A stretch of DNA of 64,000 nt from Candidatus Dojkabacteria bacterium (GTDB lineage Bacteria > Patescibacteriota > Dojkabacteria > B142 > JAFGFJ01), in NCBI GenBank assembly GCA_016931155.1, contig JAFGFJ010000006.1, forward strand, positions 13,115 through 77,114. Direction: 5' to 3'. The notes under the pieces were generated by a model. That model did no database searches. It was not told the origin of the DNA and saw only the letters and a program-made list of their open reading frames with translations. A program made the translations under genes and the position numbers. The stretch's first letter is position 1, and the number at the start of each line of letters is the position of its first letter. This document shows, one piece after another, positions 48,502 to 58,524 of this stretch.

Positions 48502-48987
48502 GTGGCGCACCAGTTTTCAACTGGCACGAAATTAGGAAGCGAAAAAGGAAGGGTTCAAAAACCCGCCCGTATTCCTCCCCAGACCCCTCCTGCGGGTGGG
48601 AAGAAAGTCGAGGCGGGGCAATTCCATTCCCCCAGAAAAATAGTATGCCCCGCCGAGTCCAAATTAGTTTTTAGGATTTTCGTTAAAAAATGTTCGAACT
48701 TCGTTCAAAAAACTCCGCCATCTAAGAAAAATCCCTCGACGGGAAACTCTTTGAACCACACCACAGGTTCTGAATCAGTTATTCCAAAATATTGACAGCA
48801 TCTTCTAAAAGGACATTTATCTTTTTGACAAGCCTTTTTATACAACTTTAAGTCTTGTCAAAACAGTTAAGAATTTAATTTTAGACAAAATACATACTAT
48901 AGAAATAGTGTTCATTAATACTTTCCTCATAATTCACCATTAGAATTTGCCGCCATAAGTTATAATTAAAGCCTTATTAATTGAATT

Positions 48988-49401
48988 ATGGAAAAGAAGA
49001 TTTCGATATTGCCAATAATAGTAGTATCTTTTATTCTTTTCGGAGGAATCATTGGACTTGCTCTGGCAGCAAAAAAAGAAATCTCAGATGCAGACTACAG
49101 TGAGTTTATTTCCTGTCTTGCAGGAAAAGAGGCAAAACTGTACGTTAGCTCCTGGTGCTCTTTTTGTGCGAAGCAGAAAACACTATTTGGAGAACAACAG
49201 AATCAACTGACAGAAAAGGGGGTAAGTGTGTTGTGCGATGCAACTGATGGTACTGGACAGGCAGAGGAATGCAACGAAGCGGGCATATCCGGCTATCCAA
49301 CATGGATCATTGACAATGAGATGATCAGTGGGGTACAAACTTTGGAATTCATCGCAGAAAAAACAGAGTGTGCGCTACCCCAGCCTGAGTCGGAAAAATA
49401 G
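48988..49401 (+). CDS. Membrane-anchored thioredoxin-like protein
   Basis: WCSFC, GISGYPTW, SGVQTL; adjacent to VKOR. Confidence 0.85.
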   Translation: MEKKISILPIIVVSFILFGGIIGLALAAKKEISDADYSEFISCLAGKEAKLYVSSWCSFCAKQKTLFGEQQNQLTEKGVSVLCDATDGTGQAEECNEAGISGYPTWIIDNEMISGVQTLEFIAEKTECALPQPESEK

Positions 49402-49471
49402 AAAAGATCTACTGAAAACCTCATTGCCAAAAATTTGCGTTAATAACTATTAAAAATTGTACGAAATACCT

Positions 49472-49966
49472 ATGACCATAATGGCAAAGAAGAAATTCAT
49501 AATACTTTTTATTCTTGTTATTATTGCTCTTTCCTCATCAATTTATGCAGTGATACTTCATTATAAAACAGATACATCAGGTAGCTATTGCAATATAAAT
49601 CAGGTATTCAACTGCTCGGCAGTTGATGAGTCTGAATACTCCGAGATACTGGGGGTGCCAATTGGAGTTTTTGGAATTGCTTATTCAATCTTCAATCTGA
49701 CAATTCTTTTTGTCAAAAAAATCAGACCTGCATTTATTAGTAAACGAAACTATCACTATGTGCTTCAATTGAATTTATTGACAAATACAGTTGGAATAAT
49801 GGGCTCACTCGCCCTTACATTTCTACTGTTGTTCATTATTAAAGCAGTTTGCATAAATTGCATCATCTTTCATGTTGCAAATATTTGCTATACAACATTT
49901 CTCTACAAAGAGGCATTACAAAACCCTGTTGACAGAAAGGATAAAACAAACAGCAATAAAAACTAA
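49472..49966 (+). CDS. Vitamin K epoxide reductase (VKOR) family protein
   Basis: CNINQVFNCSAV..SEYS, GVPIG, CINC. Confidence 0.88.
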   Translation: MTIMAKKKFIILFILVIIALSSSIYAVILHYKTDTSGSYCNINQVFNCSAVDESEYSEILGVPIGVFGIAYSIFNLTILFVKKIRPAFISKRNYHYVLQLNLLTNTVGIMGSLALTFLLLFIIKAVCINCIIFHVANICYTTFLYKEALQNPVDRKDKTNSNKN

Positions 49967-50056
49967 GAAGTATTTATTTACAATTATTTTCGCAGACTGT
50001 TCAACCCTCCTTGCCATAGAGTTTTCACTGAGCTAGAATATTCAAACGCTACCCGA

Positions 50057-50713
50057 ATGGACAAACAGGAACAAAAAACAGCACAAGAAAACATTTCAAG
50101 AATTGATGAGATACAGGCAAGAATATCTGCTTATGAGGAAGCAAGAAAAGAGCTTGCCCAGGAAACCGAAACTACCATAAAAACACTCTATAAGTGGACA
50201 GCGCCAGAAAGGGTCTTTACTCCCAAATCACGAAAATTTTTCATACTAATAGCAAGTGCTTTTGTAATTGGAATTGTAGTATCTGCTATTCTGGAAAGCC
50301 TGATGTTTATTCTTGTTTTAGTTTCTCTTCTAACACTTATCTATATAAATCACTCTGTTCCTCCAAAAGAAGCAGAATACGAAATCACAAATAAAGGAAT
50401 AAAAACGTACGGAAAAATCTTTTTATGGAAAAACGTGGAAAACTTCTGGATAACTGAAAGAGGTAATAATCTTCTTCTCAATATCAATATTAAAGAAAGA
50501 ACAGAAGATAGAATAATCCTCCTTGTTGGAACAGGAGAACCAAAAAAGATTGTTCACGGGTTAATCAAGTATATTCCTTATATGGAAAAACCTGGTAATA
50601 ATTTCCTCACGAACTATATTGAAGGGAAATACATCTCCATTGTCGAATACCTTGATCTGGAAGGAATGCCGGAAGAGCGCACAAACCTTGAACCAAAAGT
50701 CCACAGAATATAA
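50057..50713 (+). CDS. 2-TM protein with PH-like domain
   Basis: YKWTAPE, two TMs, ITNKGI...WKNVENFWI. Confidence 0.7.
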   Translation: MDKQEQKTAQENISRIDEIQARISAYEEARKELAQETETTIKTLYKWTAPERVFTPKSRKFFILIASAFVIGIVVSAILESLMFILVLVSLLTLIYINHSVPPKEAEYEITNKGIKTYGKIFLWKNVENFWITERGNNLLLNINIKERTEDRIILLVGTGEPKKIVHGLIKYIPYMEKPGNNFLTNYIEGKYISIVEYLDLEGMPEERTNLEPKVHRI

Positions 50714-50734
50714 TGTTATAATTCTCATTAATTT

Positions 50735-50810
50735 GCACCTATAGCTCAATGGATAGAGCACTTCTTTGCGGAAGAAGAGGTTGTGGGTTCGACTCCCACT
50801 GGGTGCACCA
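50735..50810 (+). tRNA. tRNA-Arg(GCG)
   Basis: Anticodon arm CTTCT-TTGCGGA-AGAAG, GGTTCGACTCC, ACCA end. Confidence 0.9.
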
Positions 50811-50899
50811 CAAAAACTTGATACCGTCTCATTTTTTGCTATATTTATCAGTACCTCTTTATCAATATTATCAGCGATATTATATAATAATGCCACAAA

Positions 50900-50989
50900 G
50901 GAGAGGTGGCTGAGTGGTCGAAAGCGCCGCTCTCGAAAAGCGGTTCCCGGGTAACCGGGACGCGGGTTCGAATCCCGCCCTCTCCGCCA
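50900..50989 (+). tRNA. tRNA-Ser(CGA)
   Basis: CCGCT-CTCGAAA-AGCGG, long variable arm, GCCA end. Confidence 0.93.
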
Positions 50990-51243
50990 ATTGCTACGAC
51001 TGGTATTTCCGAGATACCGTCTCATTTTTGTCACATTTTCACATCTGATTCCAGAGTTGAATTTGATGCAGCTTATAAAGCAGCGAATATTTTATATTTA
51101 AGACCCATTGCCCGCACTACTTGAATCCGATTATGCACATACTGAGTAAATTTTCCATTGATTCTTAAGCAGAGAAATATATCAATATAAACACGATAAC
51201 TATACAAGATAATGCTATAATTCCCGTGAGTTTTCGTCCAATA

Positions 51244-52182
51244 ATGTACCAATATACTGCAAAAATTAAAAAAATAGGCGAACTTCTAAAGGAAAAAAGA
51301 AAAGAGAAGGGTCTGGATTTTCCTCAAATTTCAGACGTAATCAAAGTAAGGATTGAGTATCTCAAGGCTCTGGAAGAGGCAAGCTATGACACGTTTGCCT
51401 CCGAAGTACAGCTCAAGGGTTTTCTAAATAAGTACGCAGGTTTTCTTGGTATTCCAGAAGATAAAGCAAGTGCTATGTATCGAAGAGAAAGAGAAGGATT
51501 GAAAGATGAGAGAGTAATAAGATCTCCAGTCGAATCAAAGACAGAAATGGGTTTTGTACTGACACCCAGCAAGCTGGTTGCCGCAGTAATAGCAGGAACA
51601 ATCATCGCAGTACTTATTTATATAGGTACTCAGCTCAATGAAATAATTAAGCCCCCCAATCTCACAGTTAAATCACCAGTGACACTATCAAGCGGAAACG
51701 AAGGAACCTTCACTACTGACTCAAAAAGTGTTGTCATTACAGGTGATATTGAAGTAGGAGCTACACTCTCGGTAAACGGAACAAAGGTTACAACAAATAA
51801 TTTGCAAAAGTACCAAATTGAAAACCTGAATCTTTCTAAAGGTGAAAATAAGTTTGTTCTGGTTGCTGAAAGCCAGTTTGGAAGAAAATCGGAAATAACT
51901 TTGAACATACTGCTTCGATCAAGTCAGGAGACTGTCAGGATTGACGGGAGAATCATTGCAAACAAAAGAGTAGATATTCGTATAACAACTGATGGGCAGG
52001 AAATATTTAATTCGGCACTAAACGCAGGAGAGCCACTTGATTTCACTGCAAATTCTATTGCAGAAGTATCTTCCTTAGACCTTGCAGATTTATCAATCGA
52101 AGTAAACGGAGAGAAACAGGAGACCGGAAATAGCACATCACAGATCTGGGAAGTCAAAAATGGTGTTATCGAGAAGAGATAG
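51244..52182 (+). CDS. RodZ-like HTH membrane protein
   Basis: GELLKEKR..YLKALEE..GFLNKYAGFLG, TM, beta-rich C-terminus. Confidence 0.82.
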   Translation: MYQYTAKIKKIGELLKEKRKEKGLDFPQISDVIKVRIEYLKALEEASYDTFASEVQLKGFLNKYAGFLGIPEDKASAMYRREREGLKDERVIRSPVESKTEMGFVLTPSKLVAAVIAGTIIAVLIYIGTQLNEIIKPPNLTVKSPVTLSSGNEGTFTTDSKSVVITGDIEVGATLSVNGTKVTTNNLQKYQIENLNLSKGENKFVLVAESQFGRKSEITLNILLRSSQETVRIDGRIIANKRVDIRITTDGQEIFNSALNAGEPLDFTANSIAEVSSLDLADLSIEVNGEKQETGNSTSQIWEVKNGVIEKR

Positions 52183-53143
52183 CCTTATAGTTTTCAAGAA
52201 AATCATTAAAAGATGTGATAAGAGAATGAAGAAGCATATCTGAGGAGAAAATTCCTTTTTCAGCAAAAGTACCTGTCAGATCCCACAATGACCTGGTATC
52301 AATGAATTTTACTTCCTCTGTCTCAGGATTAACAATTATGTTTTCTGTGTTTATAAACCAGTTTGTATTCATAATTGTTCCACCTCTTGTATCAATTACT
52401 TTTTGTTCCTGCTCAAATAGATGAAGTGCAAGAATTAAAAATACTATGAGCCTTCCATATGTTTTTTTTGTGAAATCCTCCTCAAGAAAATCCTGCAAAG
52501 TGTACCCTTCTGCCCATTCCTGGACAATATAAAAAGTTTTTTCGTACTTAGCTTTCTTCGGCTTTGAGAGAATCACATATTCTTTTACTAAAAAATTGTA
52601 GTTTACAATATCTGTTTTTTTTATTACCTCTTTGAGCAGTTTCATTTTTTCCTCTTTCTTCCCGATAAGCCTCCAAATAAGAGAAGAGATGTCGCTTTCT
52701 TTTTTGTAGAAGTCCTTAAGCTCCTTTCGAAGTTTTTTTTGCTCTTTCCTAATAAACTGATTGTCACCAAGTACTTTCTGGTTGTCCTTAAAGTATCCAA
52801 AATACTTTGCAATAAGAAAATACTCTCTCAAATCTTTTGCTATCCTGTCAGTGGTTGGCATAATATCGTATCCGAGTGGACCAATGAACATGCTCCAGAA
52901 GTTTCGATCAAGGGGAATATCAATGTTTTCCAAAAGAGGAACACTCAAGTCTGTCCTGCCCTCTTTTATTGCCCAGGATTTTCCTTCTGACCATACACGG
53001 GTAACATATGAATGCATACCACCCTTCATTTCCTGAGATCTTTCGAATCTAAAATCAAAAGGGCTCTTTGAAGAAACCTTCAGGTTTTTCCCAACTACAA
53101 GTGTATTATCTTTCAGATATTTCTCAAATTTAGTCTTCTTCAT
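52166..53143 (-). CDS. Hypothetical protein, protein-kinase-like fold suspected
   Basis: KGGMHSYV, WAIKE, YIVQEWAEG, ENIIV, KFID in kinase order. Confidence 0.6.
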   Translation of the reverse strand: MKKTKFEKYLKDNTLVVGKNLKVSSKSPFDFRFERSQEMKGGMHSYVTRVWSEGKSWAIKEGRTDLSVPLLENIDIPLDRNFWSMFIGPLGYDIMPTTDRIAKDLREYFLIAKYFGYFKDNQKVLGDNQFIRKEQKKLRKELKDFYKKESDISSLIWRLIGKKEEKMKLLKEVIKKTDIVNYNFLVKEYVILSKPKKAKYEKTFYIVQEWAEGYTLQDFLEEDFTKKTYGRLIVFLILALHLFEQEQKVIDTRGGTIMNTNWFINTENIIVNPETEEVKFIDTRSLWDLTGTFAEKGIFSSDMLLHSLITSFNDFLENYKAISSR

Positions 53144-53789
53144 AGAAAAACTGTGATAATCTTCTCCTCATTCTAATAATAGTTGGTGTAATTAAACTAA
53201 ATGTTATTCTTTTTGCTTTATATCCAAACGGACTTTTAAGCGACTCCAGAAGAGTCTTGGCATCAGAAAAATCGGGTATGTCGGAATATGCCCTTCCAAG
53301 ATTTGTTTTTCTGTGGGCATCTGACGATGTTGCCTTTGCCTTATCGAATCTTTCCGCAAAAGCTTCACTCTTCATGTTACTCCTCCTCGTTCCTCTCGAA
53401 TTAAAATTCTCAATAATATCAACATCTTTCATTATCTCAAGTGATCTTTTCTCCCCCAATCCGTGCCTCCATTCATCGTAAACATGCGGGAGATAAACAA
53501 GTGCCCCCTGTTTTTTTATCCTTCGAACTGTTTCTTGAATAGTTAGCCCTTTTTCAATTGGCTCTTTCATAAAAAGCCCTATTATATGACCGGCAGAACT
53601 GGAAATTTCTTCTCCAACTATTATTTTGTCGCCATAAATTTCCTTTAGTTTCAGTGCACCATCCATTCTATTGTGATCTGTAATTGCAATTCTGTCTAAT
53701 ACTCCCTTATCAAATACGTCGCCTATCTGTCCAAAACTCACGCTCGAATCAAGAGAAAAATTTGTATGTACATGCAAATCGACTTTCAC
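53130..53789 (-). CDS. PHP-domain phosphoesterase
   Basis: DLHVHT, ITDHN, GEEI, SSDAH. Confidence 0.9.
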   Translation of the reverse strand: MKVDLHVHTNFSLDSSVSFGQIGDVFDKGVLDRIAITDHNRMDGALKLKEIYGDKIIVGEEISSSAGHIIGLFMKEPIEKGLTIQETVRRIKKQGALVYLPHVYDEWRHGLGEKRSLEIMKDVDIIENFNSRGTRRSNMKSEAFAERFDKAKATSSDAHRKTNLGRAYSDIPDFSDAKTLLESLKSPFGYKAKRITFSLITPTIIRMRRRLSQFFYEED

Positions 53790-53847
53790 AAATGAGAAAC
53801 AGCCTAATATATGTTAGAATCCTACAGCTATAATATCAGAAAAGAAA

Positions 53848-54453
53848 ATGTTTTCTAAGCTTAAAAGTGTTTTCGAACCTTTACTTAATATTCTCATTAG
53901 ACCATTCTTATGGATCAGTCCAAACGTCATGTCCATGATCGCCTTTTCCATATCTGCCGGGTCAGGAATAGCGCTGGCGATTGGAAAACCGAGGCTTGCG
54001 GCAATACTCTTTGTCGGAAATATTCTTGATTCTTTTGATGGACAAATTGCAAGAAAGACTGGAAGAGTTACTAAATTTGGAGGTCTTCTCGATACGAATC
54101 TTGACAGACTTGCAGAAGCTGTTTTCTTTTTCGGAGCTGCTTATGGAGGATATATTTCCTTTGAAATTGCCTTCATAGCAATTGTTGCAAGCGTCATGGT
54201 AAGTTTTGTTAAAGCGGTAGCAACAGCCGCAATGGGTGAAACAAAAGTTGGCACAAATGCTCTTTCTGTTGGTATTGGACAAAGAGGAGACAGGCTCTTT
54301 CTGTTATTTCTCGGAACACTATTTATTGATAGTGTAATCCCATTTACCTCCTTCAATTCACTTGAAATTATGTCGGGTCTGGTTGTACTGACATCTGTCA
54401 TTACATTCTTCTGGAGACTCATTAAGGCAAATACACTTCTCAAGGGTCAATAA
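53848..54453 (+). CDS. CDP-alcohol phosphatidyltransferase
   Basis: DSFDGQIAR...FGGLLDTNLD. Confidence 0.92.
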   Translation: MFSKLKSVFEPLLNILIRPFLWISPNVMSMIAFSISAGSGIALAIGKPRLAAILFVGNILDSFDGQIARKTGRVTKFGGLLDTNLDRLAEAVFFFGAAYGGYISFEIAFIAIVASVMVSFVKAVATAAMGETKVGTNALSVGIGQRGDRLFLLFLGTLFIDSVIPFTSFNSLEIMSGLVVLTSVITFFWRLIKANTLLKGQ

Positions 54454-54473
54454 AGCATTACATTCTGTTTTTC

Positions 54474-56720
54474 TTACTGATCCAATTGGAAAAGTGTCTC
54501 TTGATTTTCATTTTCCACCTCATCAACTTCAAGAATTTCTGGCACATCGATCTGAGAATTTTCTATTCTTTTGATAGCACTCTTTATGGCTTGATAAGAG
54601 TGCTCCTCTTTAGAAAATAGACTCAGCTTTATATTTAAAAGTTCGAGAGCTTCCTCTTTCTTATTGTTTGCCGCCCAGAAATCAGAAAGAGCAACAATAG
54701 ATTTCCAGTAATCCTGCCTGTAAGAATATGCAGTAATAAGCTGAATTTCTGCTGTTCCCTTATTGCCTGCTGCATTATTAATAATTCCAAGATTCAGTAT
54801 CTGATCAGGATTTTTTGGATCAAGAAAGGCAGCTCTTTCAACTGCTTCAAGAAGCCTTCCTTCGTATGTATGTTCCTTTGAAAGATTCATTAATATAGAG
54901 TAAATAGCGACTTCAGCTTCTGCCGTTTCCACACAATATGGATTTTTTTCCTTTGCCTTCACAATTTCTTCAGCAGATTTTGAGAACAGGATGTTGCCGT
55001 TCAATTGATCGCCTTCTTTAAAAAATAGCAGACCTTTATTTAGCGCACTAAGCGCATATAACTTATGAACATGGCTTTTGCTTGAATATTTAAGTGTCGC
55101 CTCCATATCAGACATTGAGGCATCAAAATCGGAGTTGGAAAAATGAGAAACATGACCTCTGTAATAGAGTGTTTCTGCAAAATAATTTCTTAAAAGTAAG
55201 TACGATGAAAAACCTATCGACATAAATACCACAGAAAAAAGGAATACGGGGAAAACCTTTATTAATCTTTTACTGCTTTTAATTCCAAACACAACAATAT
55301 ACTTATGTGATCCCTCATGTGTCATTTTCAAAGCAACGATGGAAGCAATAAGAATCCACATAATAAAAAACATTCCTGCACTAAAAATAGTTGCGACATG
55401 TGAGATTATTAATACTCCCAGGACAATGAACATGGACATTATCATAGGATCTCCCAACTGAGTCTTTTTCCTCCAGATCCCCGCAAGAACTGCCCAAAGT
55501 GAAGTAAATATAAAGGAATAGGCAATAAAGCCAACCATACCTGTATCATGTATTGTCCTTTCTATTTCAATTGAAGGAAGAGAGTATTTTGTTTTCCAGA
55601 GTTCAGTTTGATTTATCTCCGCCGGCTTGTATCGAGTAAAACTGTAAGGAAATGTTTCTTGTCCTCTCCCAAAGAAGAAACTTTTAGGAAAAGGATTATT
55701 TTTCCTGTCTGACATTCCACTAATTGTTACAGCCCAGGATATGTCAGGTTTCAACGGCACCGGTTTTTCAAATCTGGAATCTACTCCAAACACCTCTCTT
55801 ACTGAAGGAATGTTCGCAATAAGACCAAAAGTAACTCCAAACAACACTGTCAAAACAATAGTACCCAACTTACCACTCTTTATATGTCCCCTATTTAAGT
55901 AAATATTCAAAGAGATTCCTGCCAACGCCAACATCCAGAAAACCACGCTCTGATAACTGATATCGGCAAACGAGGATATCCCAAGAAATGCCGAACTCAC
56001 CAGGATAACAGCAAAAGCAAACATCCTTGTGTAGCGACCCGCATCCCTGAGCAACCATCCGGTACCCAAAAGCAAAACAATTAACGGAATAAATGGTGCA
56101 GTGTCTGAGTTGATCAAAGAAGATATACTTGTACTTTCTAGTAAGGAGAAAACAGCATGACCAACGGAAAGATTGTTTCCAAGACCCTGAGAAATACCAA
56201 AAAATACTAATAATCCATAAAACATCATAAGTGCACTTGATCCCATAAATGAAGAAATAATCAGCTTCAAGCTTCTCGAAGTTCGTATGTTATTTACTAT
56301 TGCAAAATACAACAAAGCAAGAGTAACTGTTTGAGTAAAGCTTCCAGTTATTCTTGAGTAATAGCCAATAAGGCTGTTCGACAAAACATCAGAAAAAATC
56401 ATACTAAAACAACTGACCACTACCCACAATAGGATTGGAATATTGAGAGAGGTTTTTACCAACTTCAATTCTTTTTCCTTCAAAATCTTTACAGCCCATA
56501 AAAAAAGTAAAGAAAGAGTCCCAAAAATTAAAACTATATTTTTCGCACTCTCAAAAGTATCAAATGTCTTCCAGGAAAATGCTACAGGAATAAGGCCTGC
56601 CATCAAGATAAGTATCCATAGGAACAGCTTATCAATCAGTGGTTTCTTTTTTGGCACATCAGCATGAGATACCTGTTCATGAGAAGTAATGGCACTAGAG
56701 GAGCGGTTTTGTGATTCCAT
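54474..56720 (-). CDS. O-antigen-ligase-like multi-TM protein with C-terminal TPR
   Basis: Many TMs, FGRGQETF, DTGMVG, TPR-like tail. Confidence 0.75.
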   Translation of the reverse strand: MESQNRSSSAITSHEQVSHADVPKKKPLIDKLFLWILILMAGLIPVAFSWKTFDTFESAKNIVLIFGTLSLLFLWAVKILKEKELKLVKTSLNIPILLWVVVSCFSMIFSDVLSNSLIGYYSRITGSFTQTVTLALLYFAIVNNIRTSRSLKLIISSFMGSSALMMFYGLLVFFGISQGLGNNLSVGHAVFSLLESTSISSLINSDTAPFIPLIVLLLGTGWLLRDAGRYTRMFAFAVILVSSAFLGISSFADISYQSVVFWMLALAGISLNIYLNRGHIKSGKLGTIVLTVLFGVTFGLIANIPSVREVFGVDSRFEKPVPLKPDISWAVTISGMSDRKNNPFPKSFFFGRGQETFPYSFTRYKPAEINQTELWKTKYSLPSIEIERTIHDTGMVGFIAYSFIFTSLWAVLAGIWRKKTQLGDPMIMSMFIVLGVLIISHVATIFSAGMFFIMWILIASIVALKMTHEGSHKYIVVFGIKSSKRLIKVFPVFLFSVVFMSIGFSSYLLLRNYFAETLYYRGHVSHFSNSDFDASMSDMEATLKYSSKSHVHKLYALSALNKGLLFFKEGDQLNGNILFSKSAEEIVKAKEKNPYCVETAEAEVAIYSILMNLSKEHTYEGRLLEAVERAAFLDPKNPDQILNLGIINNAAGNKGTAEIQLITAYSYRQDYWKSIVALSDFWAANNKKEEALELLNIKLSLFSKEEHSYQAIKSAIKRIENSQIDVPEILEVDEVENENQETLFQLDQ

Positions 56721-56876
56721 AACTCAAGCAGTTACATTTAAATTGTCCAATTCCTGGAAAGTTACTATGTCTTATGCTAGTACAAAACCGAGTACTAAGT
56801 AAAGAACATTGGCGTTGAGATTGGTTCTAAAATTTGCAAAGAAATTGGTTATATGATTAACCACAAGAATAGTTGC

Positions 56877-56966
56877 AAGATTGGTGGTGAGATTAGTCTT
56901 AAGATTGGTGGTGAGATTAGTCTTAAGATCGGTGGTGAGATTAGTCTTAAGATCGGTGGTGAGATT
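56877..56966. repeat. 24-bp tandem repeat (~3.7 copies)
   Basis: AAGAT(T/C)GGTGGTGAGATTAGTCTT repeated head to tail. Confidence 0.9.
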
Positions 56967-56972
56967 CAATCG

Positions 56973-57932
56973 CTACCAGTTATTGGTAGTGTGCATATCT
57001 ACTTCTCCTTTTGAAGCAAGCCACTTTTCAGCATCTATAGCGGCCTTGCACCCGTCACCTGCCGCAGTTATTGCTTGCCTGTAATGACGATCCTCAACAT
57101 CTCCAGCAACAAATACCCCTTCAACATTTGTATGTGTCCTTTCTATAGGCTGAATGTAACCAAGTTCGTCAATATTCACAATGCCCTTGAAAGTATCTGA
57201 AGCAGGATTGTAGCCTATTGCGATAAAAAGGCCTTCCACGTTCAGATCTGCTTCCTCACTTGTTTTGTTATTTATAATTCTTACTCCCGATACTTTCTCT
57301 TCACCGAGAATCTCTTTGACTTCAGTATTGTATAAAAATTCAATTTTTTCATTCTCCTGTGCCCTACTAATCATAATTTTACTGGCCCTTATTTCATCTT
57401 TGCCTTTCCTCACAAGCACATATACTTTACTTGCATACTTGGTCAAAAATATCGCCTCTTCCATTGCAGTATCACCGGCTCCTACAACGGCAACCTTTCT
57501 TTCTTTAAAAAACGCACCGTCACAAGTGGCACAAACAGAAACTCCATGTCCAAGAAGTCTTTCTTCAGAAGGTAACCCAAGCATTTTTGCTTTTGCTCCA
57601 GTTGCTATTATCAAAGCTTTTGTCTGAAATAGGCTCTCTTCAACATATACTTTGAATGGTCTCTCAGATAAATCAACCTTGATGACATCTTTGTAGATTA
57701 TCTCTGTACCAAATTTTTTAGAATGATCGATCATTTTCTCCATAAGCTCCGGACCCATAATTGATTCAAAGCCCGGATAGTTTTCAACATGAGTAGTAAG
57801 CATAAGCTGTCCTCCATAGGATCTACCACCAATTATTAAAGGCTTGAGACCAGCTCTCCCTGCATAAATCCCGGCAGTAAGACCTGCAGGACCTGAACCA
57901 ATTATTATTATATTCCTGGTTGCTTCCTCCAT
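56973..57932 (-). CDS. trxB: Thioredoxin reductase
   Basis: GSGPAG, CATCDG, GAGDTA, AGD..YRQAITAAG. Confidence 0.96.
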   Translation of the reverse strand: MEEATRNIIIIGSGPAGLTAGIYAGRAGLKPLIIGGRSYGGQLMLTTHVENYPGFESIMGPELMEKMIDHSKKFGTEIIYKDVIKVDLSERPFKVYVEESLFQTKALIIATGAKAKMLGLPSEERLLGHGVSVCATCDGAFFKERKVAVVGAGDTAMEEAIFLTKYASKVYVLVRKGKDEIRASKIMISRAQENEKIEFLYNTEVKEILGEEKVSGVRIINNKTSEEADLNVEGLFIAIGYNPASDTFKGIVNIDELGYIQPIERTHTNVEGVFVAGDVEDRHYRQAITAAGDGCKAAIDAEKWLASKGEVDMHTTNNW

Positions 57933-57997
57933 TTATTATATTCTTCTATTTGATTTGAGAATCAAAATAAACCTTTTTGCTTTAAAACTCAACAAAA

Positions 57998-58294
57998 TCA
58001 GTTTTTGTAATTTGCTCTCAACAAAAATTTGTCAGGAACTGGATCATGCCCGCCCCTCGCCAGAGGATTACAACGAAGTATTCTCGCTGTTCCCATCATC
58101 CCCCCTTTTATAATCCCATGCTTGTCAATTGCTTCGTATGCGTACTCGGAACAGCTGGGATGATAGATACATACTCGAAATTTTGACGGATTTGCCCAGA
58201 AAGCGTGATCAAATGAAAAAAGTTTCTGATAGATGCGAATAATTCCCATTGCGGCATAGGAAGGAATTTTGAGAATAAAACCGAGAATTTTCAT
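57998..58294 (-). CDS. yidD: Membrane protein insertion efficiency factor YidD
   Basis: [24 protein letters not shown]; start at MKILGF. Confidence 0.92.
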   Translation of the reverse strand: MKILGFILKIPSYAAMGIIRIYQKLFSFDHAFWANPSKFRVCIYHPSCSEYAYEAIDKHGIIKGGMMGTARILRCNPLARGGHDPVPDKFLLRANYKN

Positions 58295-58443
58295 TAACCT
58301 GATAATATCATCAGTCGTCAAAGCAGTTCTAAAAAATATTTTCTGAGGCTCAATATGATAAACTTTTTTGACCGGTTTGGAATACTTATTCTGCAAATAT
58401 TTCCAGCGTTTTATAGAATTTTCTCTACTTTTCCCTTGCAAAC

Positions 58444-58452
58444 TTATCCACA
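58444..58452 (+). promoter_or_regulatory. DnaA box upstream of dnaA
   Basis: Perfect TTATCCACA. Confidence 0.75.
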
Positions 58453-58524
58453 ATTTTGTACCTTATCTAACACCTGATACTTCCAGACTGCTCCGGGAAA
58501 ACTTAATTTGTACGCGAACCAATC

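Noticed and set aside
48502-48795. 97-aa ORF at islet end
   Set aside because: Runs through GC-rich hairpins and across the att repeat
56877-56966. Possible CRISPR array
   Set aside because: Repeats are head to tail with no unique spacers, and no cas genes are in the window
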